Of a DNA stretch of 64,000 nt, positions 14,543 through 24,849 are shown one piece after another; position 1 is the stretch's first letter; each line of letters opens with the position of its first letter. The stretch is taken from the NCBI RefSeq assembly GCF_055900595.2, contig NZ_CM148325.1; one strand, 5' to 3'. The notes under the pieces were generated by a model that was not told the DNA's origin, did no database searches, and saw nothing but the letters and a program-made list of their open reading frames with translations. The translations under genes were made by a program, and so were the position numbers.

Positions 14543-14571
14543 CACCAGATGGCATATTCAGCCATCTGGTG
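14543..14571. terminator. Perfect 11-bp palindrome between convergent lplT and the DUF4139-like gene
   Basis: caccagatggc-atattca-gccatctggtg, 5 nt after the lplT stop and 5 nt before the opposite-strand stop; no clear U-tract on either side. Confidence 0.4.
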
Positions 14572-14575
14572 AAGA

Positions 14576-16231
14576 TCACATTCCCGAAGGGTGCATACCT
14601 TTCGGATACTTCACGCTGTATGAGAATGGCAGACTCACGTTCTCTTTGCCTGACAGTTTCAGCGTCCAGGACAGTTCACCCGTTTTCGCATCAAACTGTG
14701 CCTGGCCATATTGCATTTTTTCCACCGTAATATCACTGTTAGCACTGACTGGGATCTGGTCGAGTAGAGTGATATCCACCGCTTCGCCGTAGCTGTTCTT
14801 TACATTGAGGGTGTAACTGAAGTTGCGTACCGCGCTGTCGTTAAAGATAGATAACGCATTCTCTTTTTTGAGTACGGCTTTACGCTGAATAATCAGCTTA
14901 GGATCGCGGTTAAGCTGAATATCCAGCGACTTACCATCTTCTGGCGGCTGCAAATAGCCCACGCCGGTACGGTTGTTACCAAAGAAGATCTGACTTTCGC
15001 CGGGGATTAAATTTAACTGTTCCCACTCTTTAATTTGCACCTGGAGATACGCGTCATTACTGATCTTCGGAATAGCAAAGAAGCGATATTTACCGCTGAC
15101 CGACTCTTCCTTAATGACCACCGTGCGCGCGGTATTATCGCTGTCGATTTGCCACGGCAGCGAAAGCGCATAGCGGACATTTTGCGCAGTGAAACTTTCT
15201 GGTCGAGCCGAAGCTGGCACTGCCTGTTCGGCATACTTGCGCCCGGCTTGTCGCTCCCTTGTTTTTTGCATCTCTGCCTTCAGGGTTTTCTGCAATTCTG
15301 AGGCATCCTGGTTAGACGAATATTCCGAACGCTGTTCCATCACGGGTGATGCTGAAAGCGAGCCGCTTACACCACCATACTCCGGAACATCCACATACAG
15401 GGTTTCCAGGTGTGGCAACGTAAGATGAGTATCAGGTTCACTGGTCGAGAGCACGAGATTAACGCCTTTCCAGGGCAACCCCGTATACTGGCGAATATTA
15501 GCCTTGTAAACCAGACGCAGCGGCTGGTTTATGGCAGTGGCGTGAATATCATAGATCGGCGTCCAGGTAGCATCAGGGGTCATATAACGTACCACCGCTT
15601 TCGCTGTGACGGCTTTTGGGGCATAGACCTTAGCGATAATAACCTGCGGATCATTGGCTGCCACCGAATCGCCGTTACTCATGCTCTCGCGTTGCTCCAG
15701 CTTTTCAATTTCAAGCTGCTTATCAGCAAGTTTCTGCGTCAACTCATTGTCGACTTGTAATAACTCACCATTTTTCTCTTTCACCATTTGCAGATACTTG
15801 CCAACTTCGGCGGCACTTTTATTGGTTAATGTGCTATTTGCCTCTAATACCTTAATTTGAGCCGCGATATTGTTTTTCTCGGCGGTCAGTTTTGCCTGTT
15901 CCACCTTTGCTGCTTTTAACTGTTGCTGAATATCTGACGGCAGCGCATTCGGCTGTGTTTCCATTAGCGCGATACGTGAGGAAAGCACCGTCACTCCGTT
16001 ATCGATAGAAATGGCGATGCTGTCGTCGGTTACTGAATTGGCGATATTAGTAAAGATAATTTCGCTTTCACCTGCCGGTAAGTGGAGTATCTCTTCACCT
16101 TGCAGGCTGGCACCATGCAGATAAACAGTGACGTCTTTAAGTGTTAGCGGTTGGGTTACCTGCGCCCCCCAAGCGGAGGACAGGCACCCGGTAAGCAACA
16201 TGGCGAGGGGAATAGGTTTGAAAATCAACAT
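14576..16231 (-). CDS. DUF4139/DUF4140-like (MuiA-like) lipoprotein with central coiled coil
   Basis: 551 aa from ATG at 16231 (MLIFKPIPLAMLLTGC..., aagga RBS 5 nt upstream; the track ORF starts 5 codons earlier at TTG). Lipobox LLTGC; central K/E/Q-rich heptad-like region; Y/T/N-rich C-terminal part. I do not recall a gene at this position in K-12. Confidence 0.75.
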   Translation of the reverse strand: MLIFKPIPLAMLLTGCLSSAWGAQVTQPLTLKDVTVYLHGASLQGEEILHLPAGESEIIFTNIANSVTDDSIAISIDNGVTVLSSRIALMETQPNALPSDIQQQLKAAKVEQAKLTAEKNNIAAQIKVLEANSTLTNKSAAEVGKYLQMVKEKNGELLQVDNELTQKLADKQLEIEKLEQRESMSNGDSVAANDPQVIIAKVYAPKAVTAKAVVRYMTPDATWTPIYDIHATAINQPLRLVYKANIRQYTGLPWKGVNLVLSTSEPDTHLTLPHLETLYVDVPEYGGVSGSLSASPVMEQRSEYSSNQDASELQKTLKAEMQKTRERQAGRKYAEQAVPASARPESFTAQNVRYALSLPWQIDSDNTARTVVIKEESVSGKYRFFAIPKISNDAYLQVQIKEWEQLNLIPGESQIFFGNNRTGVGYLQPPEDGKSLDIQLNRDPKLIIQRKAVLKKENALSIFNDSAVRNFSYTLNVKNSYGEAVDITLLDQIPVSANSDITVEKMQYGQAQFDAKTGELSWTLKLSGKENVSLPFSYSVKYPKGMHPSGM

Positions 16232-16339
16232 GGTTATCCTTAACAATGGGCACAGACATTGAAACGCGCGCTGGCGTTGACCAAAAGAGTCTATTGCGCT
16301 TTGTCAGGAAAGATGCGGAGAAAAGTAGTGAATATATTC

Positions 16340-16382
16340 TGAAAAGTGGAGAAAAGAGACGCCTGGTGCAAAACACCAGGCG
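16340..16382 (-). terminator. Rho-independent terminator after tas
   Basis: Stem cgcctggtg/caccaggcg with caaaa loop, 6 nt downstream of the tas stop, followed on the minus strand by a T-rich tract. Confidence 0.6.
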
Positions 16383-16388
16383 AAAGGA

Positions 16389-17429
16389 TCACGGTGCCGG
16401 ATAAGTATAAACCTGATGTACCGCTTCAATTTCAGCTAATACGTCTTCGCTTAACTCCAGATGCAAACTTTCGACGTTAGTTTTCAGCTGCTCCATCGTG
16501 GTTGCGCCCAGCAGAGTGCTGGCAACAAACGGTTGACGGCGTACAAAAGCGAGCGCCATCTGAGCAGGATCCAGGCCATGACGTCTGGCGATATCGACAT
16601 ACGCCGCGACGGCTTTTTGCGTTTGCTCACCGCTATAGCGAGTGAAGCGGCTAAAGAGCGTATTACGTGCGCCAGCAGGTTTTGCACCGTTGAGGTATTT
16701 CCCGGTCAGCGTGCCGAAACCCAGACACGAATAGGCCAGCAGCTCGACCCCTTCATACTGGCTGACTTCTGCCAGACCCACTTCAAAACTGCGGTTTAAC
16801 AGACTGTAGGGGTTCTGAATGGTGACAATACGCGGCAGATCGTGTTTGTCCGCCAGATGCAGGTAGCGCATTACGCCAAATGCAGTTTCGTTCGACACGC
16901 CGATATAACGAATTTTTCCCGCGCGTTGGTACTCTGCCAGTGCGTCCAGCGTATCCAGCAGCGAAACCGCAGGGGCAGAATCTGTCCAGCTATAACCGAG
17001 TTTGCCGAAGCAGTTGGTTGGGCGCTGCGGCCAGTGCACCTGATAAAGATCGAGGTAATCAGTCTGCAGGCGCTTGAGGCTGTCATGCAGAGCTTCGCGG
17101 ATATTCTTCCGATCCAGCGCCTGATCCGGGCGGATGCCCTTGTCATTATTGCGCGACGGTCCGCTCACTTTGGAAGCGATAATTAACTTTTCGCGGCTGC
17201 CATGTTTTGCCAGCCAGTTACCGACGTAGGTTTCGGTTAACCCTTGCGTTTCGGGGCGCGGCGGCACTGGGTACATTTCGGCAACGTCGATAAGGTTAAT
17301 GCCCTGAGCGACGGCATAGTCGAGTTGTGCGTGGGCGTCGGCTTCGCTGTTCTGTTCACCAAACGTCATCGTGCCAAGCCCCAGCGTGCTGACTTCCAGC
17401 GAACTGTGGGGTATACGGTGATATTGCAT
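16389..17429 (-). CDS. tas: NADP(H)-dependent aldo-keto reductase Tas
   Basis: 346 aa; aldo-keto reductase family sequence (MQYHRIPHSSLEVSTLGLGTMTFG...). Confidence 0.92.
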   Translation of the reverse strand: MQYHRIPHSSLEVSTLGLGTMTFGEQNSEADAHAQLDYAVAQGINLIDVAEMYPVPPRPETQGLTETYVGNWLAKHGSREKLIIASKVSGPSRNNDKGIRPDQALDRKNIREALHDSLKRLQTDYLDLYQVHWPQRPTNCFGKLGYSWTDSAPAVSLLDTLDALAEYQRAGKIRYIGVSNETAFGVMRYLHLADKHDLPRIVTIQNPYSLLNRSFEVGLAEVSQYEGVELLAYSCLGFGTLTGKYLNGAKPAGARNTLFSRFTRYSGEQTQKAVAAYVDIARRHGLDPAQMALAFVRRQPFVASTLLGATTMEQLKTNVESLHLELSEDVLAEIEAVHQVYTYPAP

Positions 17430-17536
17430 AGCCGTTTCCTTTTTATAATCACGACATAAGGAATATAAAAATGGCAGAGGGAAGGGAAAAGGGAAAGCGA
17501 AAAATCTTAAGGCCAGCCGGATGCTGACCTTATTTT

Positions 17537-17755
17537 TTAACGTTCAATAATTTGCGAAACATCATCACGGTTAATTTGCATCGCGTTACCTTGCTGATCG
17601 TGATAACTCACCAGCCCGGTATCATCATCAATTTCAGGTTTTCCATCGGTCAAAATCATACGGCCATCTTTGGTCGCCATGACGTAATCACTGGAACACC
17701 CGGAAACAGCAAACGCCAGTCCGACTGCAGAAATTATTACTGCCCATTTTTTCAT
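17537..17755 (-). CDS. ygdR: Small lipoprotein YgdR (DUF903)
   Basis: 72 aa; signal peptide with lipobox VSGC; paralogous to ygdI at 51386. Confidence 0.88.
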
Positions 17756-17892
17756 CCGGTTATCCTCATTTGGCCCACCTATGATAATAGTCTTTTTATA
17801 AACCGACGTTATATATCTTGAAAGCAGGAAAATCTTAAACTGTGAGGGTAACAGGAGTGAGTACGCTCTCCTGCAGGAGAGCGTACGGAGTA

Positions 17893-18606
17893 TCAGAGCG
17901 GATTCTTTTTGTTGCGAATCAGGTTGAGACTTTCAACCGCAATAGAGAAGAACATCGCGAAGTAGATGTAACCTTTCGGTACGTGGATGTCGAAACTTTC
18001 CAGAATCAGGGTAAAGCCCACCAGAATCAGGAAAGAGAGCGCCAGCATTTTTACCGAAGGATGGCGTTCGACAAAATCACCAATCGAGCGCGCGGCAAAC
18101 ATCATCACGCCTACGGCAATCACCACGGCTGCCATCATAATAAACAGGTGATCTGACAGACCCACAGCGGTAATCACCGAGTCGAGGCTGAAGATAATAT
18201 CCAGCAGCATAATCTGCACGATAGCGCCGAGGAATGATGAAACGCGTGTTTTCAGCCCTTCTTCTTCACCTTCGATGGATTCGTGGATTTCCTTACTGGC
18301 TTTCCAGATAAGGAACAGACCTCCCAGCAGCAGAATCAAATCACGGGCGGAAATTTCCTGACTGAATATTGTAAAAAGCGGATTCGTCAGGCGCGTAACC
18401 CAGGCGATGGATGCCAGCAGCGCCAGACGCATAACCATGGCTCCCGCCAACCCCAGACGGCGCGCATGTGCACGTTGTGCTGTGGGGAGCTTTGCCACCA
18501 CCAGAGAAAGAAAAATAATATTGTCGATCCCAAGAACGATCTCCAGCAGCGTCAGCGTACCGAGCGCAAGCCAGGCGTTAGGATCGGTTATCCATGCAAA
18601 TAACAT
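17893..18606 (-). CDS. ygdQ: TerC/UPF0053-family inner membrane protein
   Basis: 237-aa multi-pass membrane protein; position between ygdR and mutH. Confidence 0.88.
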
Positions 18607-18674
18607 CTAAAAAGCCCTGCCAAAAAAATGAAGCGGTAATTATATGCCCGGAAAGCGGCAGGTCAAAGCGATGG

Positions 18675-19364
18675 CTACTGGATCAGAAAATGACGGGCCA
18701 GTAGCGCACTGGTGAAATTCTTCTTCAAATAAAAGCCACGCGGCAGCGTCAGAATCCGTTCGCCCCGGGCACCAATGGCTTCGGTAAGCGCTTTCGCATT
18801 CGCTGCTTTCGGGCGTATCTGTAAATACTCCCCGTGACGAGCGGTGATCCGCTCAACCTGACCGAGAACAATCATATCCATTAATTCTTCCCAGTCTTCG
18901 CGCAGTTGCCGGTCTTCCTCTTCATTCGGGCTCCATAGCAATGGTGATCCTACGCGACGCTGCGCCAGCGGGATGCTGCGCTCGCCTTCAACCGGTATCC
19001 ACAGTACGCGTTTGAGCTTGTGGCGCACGTGGCTGGTTTCCCAGGTCACCCCGCTATTACCCGTTAACGGGGCAACACAAACGAATGTTGTTTCCAGCGG
19101 ACGACCAAGACTATCCACAGGGATAGTTTTAAGTTCCACGCCCAGAGCAGCAAAATCTTGCTCAGGTTTACTCCCTGCGCTGGCACTTAGCCAGATCTCC
19201 AGTAACACGCCAATCCAGCCCTTATCGCGTTTTAAATTCTCCGGCGTCACCAGCCCGGCAAGTGCCGCCAGTTCTCCCAATGTATAACCAGAAAGTTGTT
19301 GTGCTTGCGCTAACAATTGTTCTTCAGTTTCGGGAGGAGAGAGCAGTGGGCGAGGTTGGGACAT
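18675..19364 (-). CDS. mutH: DNA mismatch repair endonuclease MutH
   Basis: 229 aa; MutH sequence ([33 protein letters not shown]...). Confidence 0.95.
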   Translation of the reverse strand: MSQPRPLLSPPETEEQLLAQAQQLSGYTLGELAALAGLVTPENLKRDKGWIGVLLEIWLSASAGSKPEQDFAALGVELKTIPVDSLGRPLETTFVCVAPLTGNSGVTWETSHVRHKLKRVLWIPVEGERSIPLAQRRVGSPLLWSPNEEEDRQLREDWEELMDMIVLGQVERITARHGEYLQIRPKAANAKALTEAIGARGERILTLPRGFYLKKNFTSALLARHFLIQ

Positions 19365-19549
19365 GTCATGATACCTTGGTTAAAAAACAAACAGCACTTC
19401 TGTGCCGAATATTCGCAGTGTAACTTTTTCCACATGCGTTGTTCAATTCTCTGATTTATATTGCTTTTTAGATTGTCGGTAATCGAGTTGCGCAACACTG
19501 CAACGGGTTTTCCAAATCTGGTCACTGAAAATAAACAGGATCTTACACC

Positions 19550-19696
19550 ATGTTATCCACAGAAAGCTGGGATAACTGTGAAAAACCTCCACTACTGTTT
19601 CCATTTACAGCCTTGACGTGCGACGAAACTCCAGTTTTTAGTGGTTCAGTGCTTAACTTAGTGGCACATTCTGTGGATAAATACGGCGTTGGTTGA
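19550..19696 (+). CDS. ygdT: Small 48-aa ORF in the mutH-rppH intergenic region
   Basis: ATG at 19550 preceded by agga RBS; encodes MLSTESWDNCEKPPLLFPFTALTCDETPVFSGSVLNLVAHSVDKYGVG. Below the ORF-track length cutoff. The symbol is a tentative recollection of a K-12 small protein at this position. Confidence 0.35.
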   Translation: MLSTESWDNCEKPPLLFPFTALTCDETPVFSGSVLNLVAHSVDKYGVG

Positions 19697-20048
19697 TCTT
19701 TCGCCAACCTGTAAATGAGAGGTGTGACTTGGGTCACGAATTACTCCTTTTTATTACTTAAATTACATGTAATGCATTGACTAATAATGATTATTTTAAA
19801 ATGTCGATATCAGGCTTATTCAGAATGCTCCGGGTTTTCCCGTAGTAATTCCGTAGTTCTTCACAACTCTATCCACAGAAAAGGTGAATAAAAACGGCTA
19901 TCCACCCCTTCCTCTGTTTATAACTCTGCACATAACTGTGAGTTATTCAATTGTTATTAGTGTGTAATGCCCTGCAGAGAGTGGTTTACCGTCTTCATGG
20001 AGTATGAAACAATCATTCGTATATAAAGCTTTATTTTGAGGTAGTCCG

Positions 20049-20579
20049 GTGATTGATGACGATGGCTACCGCCCAAACGTAGGTATCGTGATTTGTAATC
20101 GCCAGGGGCAGGTAATGTGGGCCCGGCGATTTGGTCAGCACTCCTGGCAATTTCCGCAAGGCGGAATTAACCCAGGAGAATCCGCAGAACAGGCGATGTA
20201 CCGTGAATTGTTTGAAGAAGTAGGATTAAGCCGCAAAGACGTTCGAATCCTTGCTTCAACGCGTAACTGGTTGCGCTACAAATTACCGAAACGTTTGGTG
20301 CGTTGGGACACGAAGCCGGTTTGTATCGGCCAAAAACAAAAATGGTTTCTCTTGCAGCTGGTGAGCGGCGATGCAGAAATCAATATGCAAACCAGCAGTA
20401 CACCAGAGTTTGATGGCTGGAGATGGGTAAGTTACTGGTATCCGGTCAGACAGGTGGTGTCATTTAAACGTGATGTCTACCGTAGGGTAATGAAAGAGTT
20501 CGCGAGTGTTGTGATGGCGCTGCAGGATAATACGCCAAAACCACAAAACGCATCTGCTTATCGACGTAAAAGAGGTTAA
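20049..20579 (+). CDS. rppH: RNA pyrophosphohydrolase (Nudix)
   Basis: 176 aa, GTG start; Nudix box [23 protein letters not shown]; 12 nt upstream of ptsP. Confidence 0.94.
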   Translation: MIDDDGYRPNVGIVICNRQGQVMWARRFGQHSWQFPQGGINPGESAEQAMYRELFEEVGLSRKDVRILASTRNWLRYKLPKRLVRWDTKPVCIGQKQKWFLLQLVSGDAEINMQTSSTPEFDGWRWVSYWYPVRQVVSFKRDVYRRVMKEFASVVMALQDNTPKPQNASAYRRKRG

Positions 20580-20591
20580 GTCACGCCAATT

Positions 20592-22838
20592 ATGCTCACT
20601 CGCCTGCGCGAAATAGTCGAAAAGGTAGCCAGCGCACCACGCCTGAATGAGGCGTTAAATATTCTGGTTACCGACATCTGTCTTGCGATGGATACCGAGG
20701 TCTGTTCGGTCTACCTGGCCGATCATGACCGACGTTGTTACTACCTGATGGCGACCCGGGGGCTGAAAAAACCACGCGGTCGCACTGTAACGCTTGCGTT
20801 TGATGAAGGGATCGTCGGCCTGGTTGGCAGGCTGGCGGAACCGATAAACCTTGCAGATGCGCAAAAGCACCCCAGCTTCAAATACATCCCCTCCGTAAAA
20901 GAAGAACGTTTCCGCGCGTTTTTAGGCGTACCAATTATTCAACGTCGCCAGTTGCTTGGTGTACTGGTGGTACAGCAACGAGAGTTGCGCCAGTATGACG
21001 AAAGTGAAGAATCCTTCCTGGTGACGCTTGCCACCCAGATGGCAGCGATTCTTTCTCAGTCGCAGTTGACTGCCTTGTTTGGGCAATATCGCCAGACGCG
21101 AATCCGTGCATTACCGGCAGCGCCCGGTGTAGCAATTGCCGAAGGCTGGCAGGATGCCACGTTACCTTTAATGGAACAGGTGTATCAGGCATCAACGCTG
21201 GATCCGGCTCTGGAACGCGAACGACTGACCGGGGCGCTGGAAGAAGCGGCAAACGAGTTTCGCCGCTACAGCAAACGCTTTGCCGCCGGTGCACAAAAAG
21301 AAACGGCGGCTATTTTCGATCTTTACTCGCACCTGCTTTCGGACACCCGGCTGCGTCGCGAATTGTTTGCCGAGGTTGATAAAGGCTCGGTGGCAGAGTG
21401 GGCGGTAAAAACGGTCATTGAAAAATTTGCCGAACAGTTTGCCGCGCTAAGCGATAACTATCTCAAAGAGCGGGCTGGCGATTTACGTGCGCTGGGTCAG
21501 CGATTGCTGTTTCATCTTGATGACGCTAATCAAGGGCCGAACGCCTGGCCGGAACGTTTCATTCTGGTGGCAGATGAACTGTCAGCGACAACGCTTGCTG
21601 AGCTGCCCCAGGATCGCTTAGTCGGTGTTGTCGTGCGAGATGGCGCAGCCAACTCCCATGCTGCGATCATGGTACGTGCGCTGGGGATTCCTACCGTAAT
21701 GGGCGCGGATATTCAGCCTTCTGTGCTGCATCGTCGGACGTTGATCGTCGATGGTTATCGCGGTGAATTGCTGGTCGATCCGGAGCCGGTACTGCTGCAA
21801 GAATATCAGCGGCTAATTAGTGAAGAGATTGAGCTTAGCCGTCTGGCGGAAGATGACGTCAATTTACCCGCCCAGTTAAAAAGCGGCGAGCGCATTAAAG
21901 TCATGCTCAATGCCGGTTTAAGCCCGGAACATGAACAAAAACTGGGCAGCCGTATTGATGGCATAGGACTTTATCGCACTGAAATCCCATTCATGTTGCA
22001 AAGTGGTTTTCCGTCGGAAGAAGAACAGGTGGCGCAGTATCAGGGGATGCTGCAAATGTTCAATGATAAACCCGTCACCTTGCGTACGCTGGATGTCGGA
22101 GCAGATAAGCAGCTGCCTTACATGCCGATCAGCGAAGAGAATCCATGCCTGGGTTGGCGTGGGATTCGCATTACGCTCGATCAGCCGGAGATCTTCTTGA
22201 TTCAGGTGCGGGCGATGCTGCGTGCTAATGCCGCTACGGGCAACCTGAATATTCTGTTGCCGATGGTCACCAGCCTCGATGAAGTTGACGAAGCACGCCG
22301 CCTGATTGAACGTGCCGGACGTGAAGTCGAGGAGATGATCGGTTACGAAATTCCCAAACCACGTATCGGCATCATGCTTGAAGTGCCGTCAATGGTATTT
22401 ATGCTGCCGCATCTGGCAAAGCGGGTCGATTTTATCTCTGTTGGCACCAACGATCTGACTCAATACATCCTGGCCGTTGATCGCAACAATACCCGGGTGG
22501 CGAACATTTATGACAGTCTTCATCCTGCAATGTTACGAGCTCTGGCGATGATCGCTCGGGAAGCGGAAATACATGGCATCGATCTCCGTTTGTGCGGTGA
22601 AATGGCAGGCGATCCCATGTGCGTGGCAATCCTCATTGGGCTTGGCTATCGCCATCTGTCTATGAACGGACGGTCTGTTGCGCGCGTAAAATACCTGCTG
22701 CGGCGCATTGATTTTGCCGAAGCAGAAAACCTTGCGCAGCGCAGTCTGGAAGCGCAACTGGCGACCGAAGTTCGCCATCAGGTTGCGGCCTTTATGGAGC
22801 GTCGCGGCATGGGCGGGTTGATTCGCGGAGGGTTATAG
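20592..22838 (+). CDS. ptsP: PEP-protein phosphotransferase EI-Ntr (GAF domain-containing)
   Basis: 748 aa; N-terminal GAF domain and C-terminal PEP-utilizing Enzyme I domain. Confidence 0.94.
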   Translation: MLTRLREIVEKVASAPRLNEALNILVTDICLAMDTEVCSVYLADHDRRCYYLMATRGLKKPRGRTVTLAFDEGIVGLVGRLAEPINLADAQKHPSFKYIPSVKEERFRAFLGVPIIQRRQLLGVLVVQQRELRQYDESEESFLVTLATQMAAILSQSQLTALFGQYRQTRIRALPAAPGVAIAEGWQDATLPLMEQVYQASTLDPALERERLTGALEEAANEFRRYSKRFAAGAQKETAAIFDLYSHLLSDTRLRRELFAEVDKGSVAEWAVKTVIEKFAEQFAALSDNYLKERAGDLRALGQRLLFHLDDANQGPNAWPERFILVADELSATTLAELPQDRLVGVVVRDGAANSHAAIMVRALGIPTVMGADIQPSVLHRRTLIVDGYRGELLVDPEPVLLQEYQRLISEEIELSRLAEDDVNLPAQLKSGERIKVMLNAGLSPEHEQKLGSRIDGIGLYRTEIPFMLQSGFPSEEEQVAQYQGMLQMFNDKPVTLRTLDVGADKQLPYMPISEENPCLGWRGIRITLDQPEIFLIQVRAMLRANAATGNLNILLPMVTSLDEVDEARRLIERAGREVEEMIGYEIPKPRIGIMLEVPSMVFMLPHLAKRVDFISVGTNDLTQYILAVDRNNTRVANIYDSLHPAMLRALAMIAREAEIHGIDLRLCGEMAGDPMCVAILIGLGYRHLSMNGRSVARVKYLLRRIDFAEAENLAQRSLEAQLATEVRHQVAAFMERRGMGGLIRGGL

Positions 22839-22988
22839 CGCGGATCATATACATATCTTTTAACGGTATCCGGCAACCAGCCAGGTCCCCTTGTGCTATT
22901 ATTCGCACCTTTGGAGCGCCTGAAACCTGCGGCGCGCATTTCAATCGCTGTTCTCTTTCAGCGAAATAACAAGAACTTGTGGTGACAG

Positions 22989-23864
22989 ATGACCAGTAGC
23001 TATCTGCATTTTCCGGAGTTTGATCCGGTCATTTTCTCAATAGGACCCGTAGCGCTTCACTGGTACGGCCTGATGTATCTGGTGGGTTTCATTTTTGCAA
23101 TGTGGCTGGCAACACGTCGGGCGAATCGTCCGGGCAGCGGCTGGACCAAAAATGAAGTTGAAAACTTACTCTATGCGGGCTTCCTCGGCGTCTTCCTCGG
23201 TGGACGTATTGGTTATGTTCTGTTCTACAACTTCCCGCAGTTTATGGCCGATCCGCTGTATCTTTTCCGTGTCTGGGACGGCGGCATGTCCTTCCACGGC
23301 GGCCTGATTGGCGTTATCGTGGTGATGATTATCTTCGCCCGCCGTACTAAACGTTCCTTCTTCCAGGTTTCTGATTTTATCGCACCACTCATTCCGTTTG
23401 GTCTTGGTGCCGGGCGTCTGGGCAACTTTATTAACGGTGAATTGTGGGGCCGCGTTGACCCGAACTTCCCGTTTGCCATGCTGTTCCCCGGCTCCCGTAC
23501 AGAAGATATTTTGCTGCTGCAAACCAACCCGCAGTGGCAATCCATTTTCGACACTTACGGTGTGCTGCCGCGCCACCCATCACAGCTTTACGAGCTGCTG
23601 CTGGAAGGTGTGGTGCTGTTTATTATCCTCAACCTGTATATTCGTAAACCGCGCCCAATGGGAGCTGTCTCAGGTTTGTTCCTGATTGGCTACGGCGCGT
23701 TTCGCATCATTGTTGAGTTTTTCCGCCAGCCCGACGCGCAGTTTACCGGTGCCTGGGTGCAGTACATCAGCATGGGACAAATTCTTTCCATCCCGATGAT
23801 TGTCGCGGGTGTGATCATGATGGTCTGGGCATATCGTCGCAGCCCACAGCAACACGTTTCCTGA
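22989..23864 (+). CDS. lgt: Phosphatidylglycerol-prolipoprotein diacylglyceryl transferase
   Basis: 291 aa; Lgt signature region (HGGLIG) in a polytopic membrane protein; 6 nt upstream of thyA. Confidence 0.95.
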
Positions 23865-23870
23865 GGAACC

Positions 23871-24665
23871 ATGAAACAGTATTTAGAACTGATGCAAAAA
23901 GTGCTCGACGAAGGCACACAGAAAAACGACCGTACCGGAACCGGAACGCTTTCCATTTTTGGTCATCAGATGCGTTTTAACCTGCAGGATGGATTCCCGC
24001 TGGTGACAACCAAACGTTGTCACCTGCGTTCCATCATCCACGAACTGCTGTGGTTCCTGCAGGGCGACACTAACATTGCTTATCTACACGAAAACAATGT
24101 CACCATCTGGGACGAATGGGCCGATGAAAACGGCGACCTCGGGCCAGTGTATGGTAAACAGTGGCGCGCCTGGCCAACGCCGGATGGTCGTCATATTGAC
24201 CAGATCACTACGGTACTGAACCAGCTGAAAAACGACCCGGATTCGCGCCGCATTATTGTTTCAGCGTGGAACGTAGGCGAACTGGATAAAATGGCGCTGG
24301 CACCGTGCCATGCATTCTTCCAGTTCTATGTGGCAGACGGCAAACTCTCTTGCCAGCTTTATCAGCGCTCCTGTGACGTCTTCCTCGGCCTGCCGTTCAA
24401 CATTGCCAGCTACGCGTTACTGGTGCATATGATGGCGCAGCAGTGCGATCTGGAAGTGGGTGATTTTGTCTGGACCGGTGGCGACACGCATCTGTACAGC
24501 AACCATATGGATCAAACTCATCTGCAATTAAGCCGCGAACCGCGTCCGCTGCCGAAGTTGATTATCAAACGTAAACCCGAATCCATCTTCGACTACCGTT
24601 TCGAAGACTTTGAGATTGAAGGCTACGATCCACATCCGGGCATTAAAGCGCCGGTGGCTATCTAA
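23871..24665 (+). CDS. thyA: Thymidylate synthase
   Basis: 264 aa; canonical ThyA sequence with active-site Cys in [13 protein letters not shown]. Confidence 0.97.
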
Positions 24666-24686
24666 TTACGAAACATCCTGCCAGAG

Positions 24687-24714
24687 CCGACGCCAGTGTG
24701 CGTCGGTTTTTTTT
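24687..24714 (+). terminator. Rho-independent terminator after thyA
   Basis: Stem ccgacgc/gcgtcgg with 6-nt loop followed by a run of eight T. Confidence 0.7.
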
Positions 24715-24849
24715 ACCCTCCGTTAAATTCTTCGAGACGCCTTCCCGAAATTTTGCAACCTCCTGCAACGGCGTAAATAGTCCGGAAGATGCGCCGAAGA
24801 AATAGAAACTGGCCCTCGTCTTTTTTTCTCCTCGCTCCATACTGCCGGC

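Noticed and set aside
16247-16388. Possible small ORF or sRNA between tas and the inserted lipoprotein gene
   Set aside because: The 142-bp segment is accounted for by the tas terminator hairpin and the promoter and RBS of the lipoprotein gene. No conserved structure was evident.
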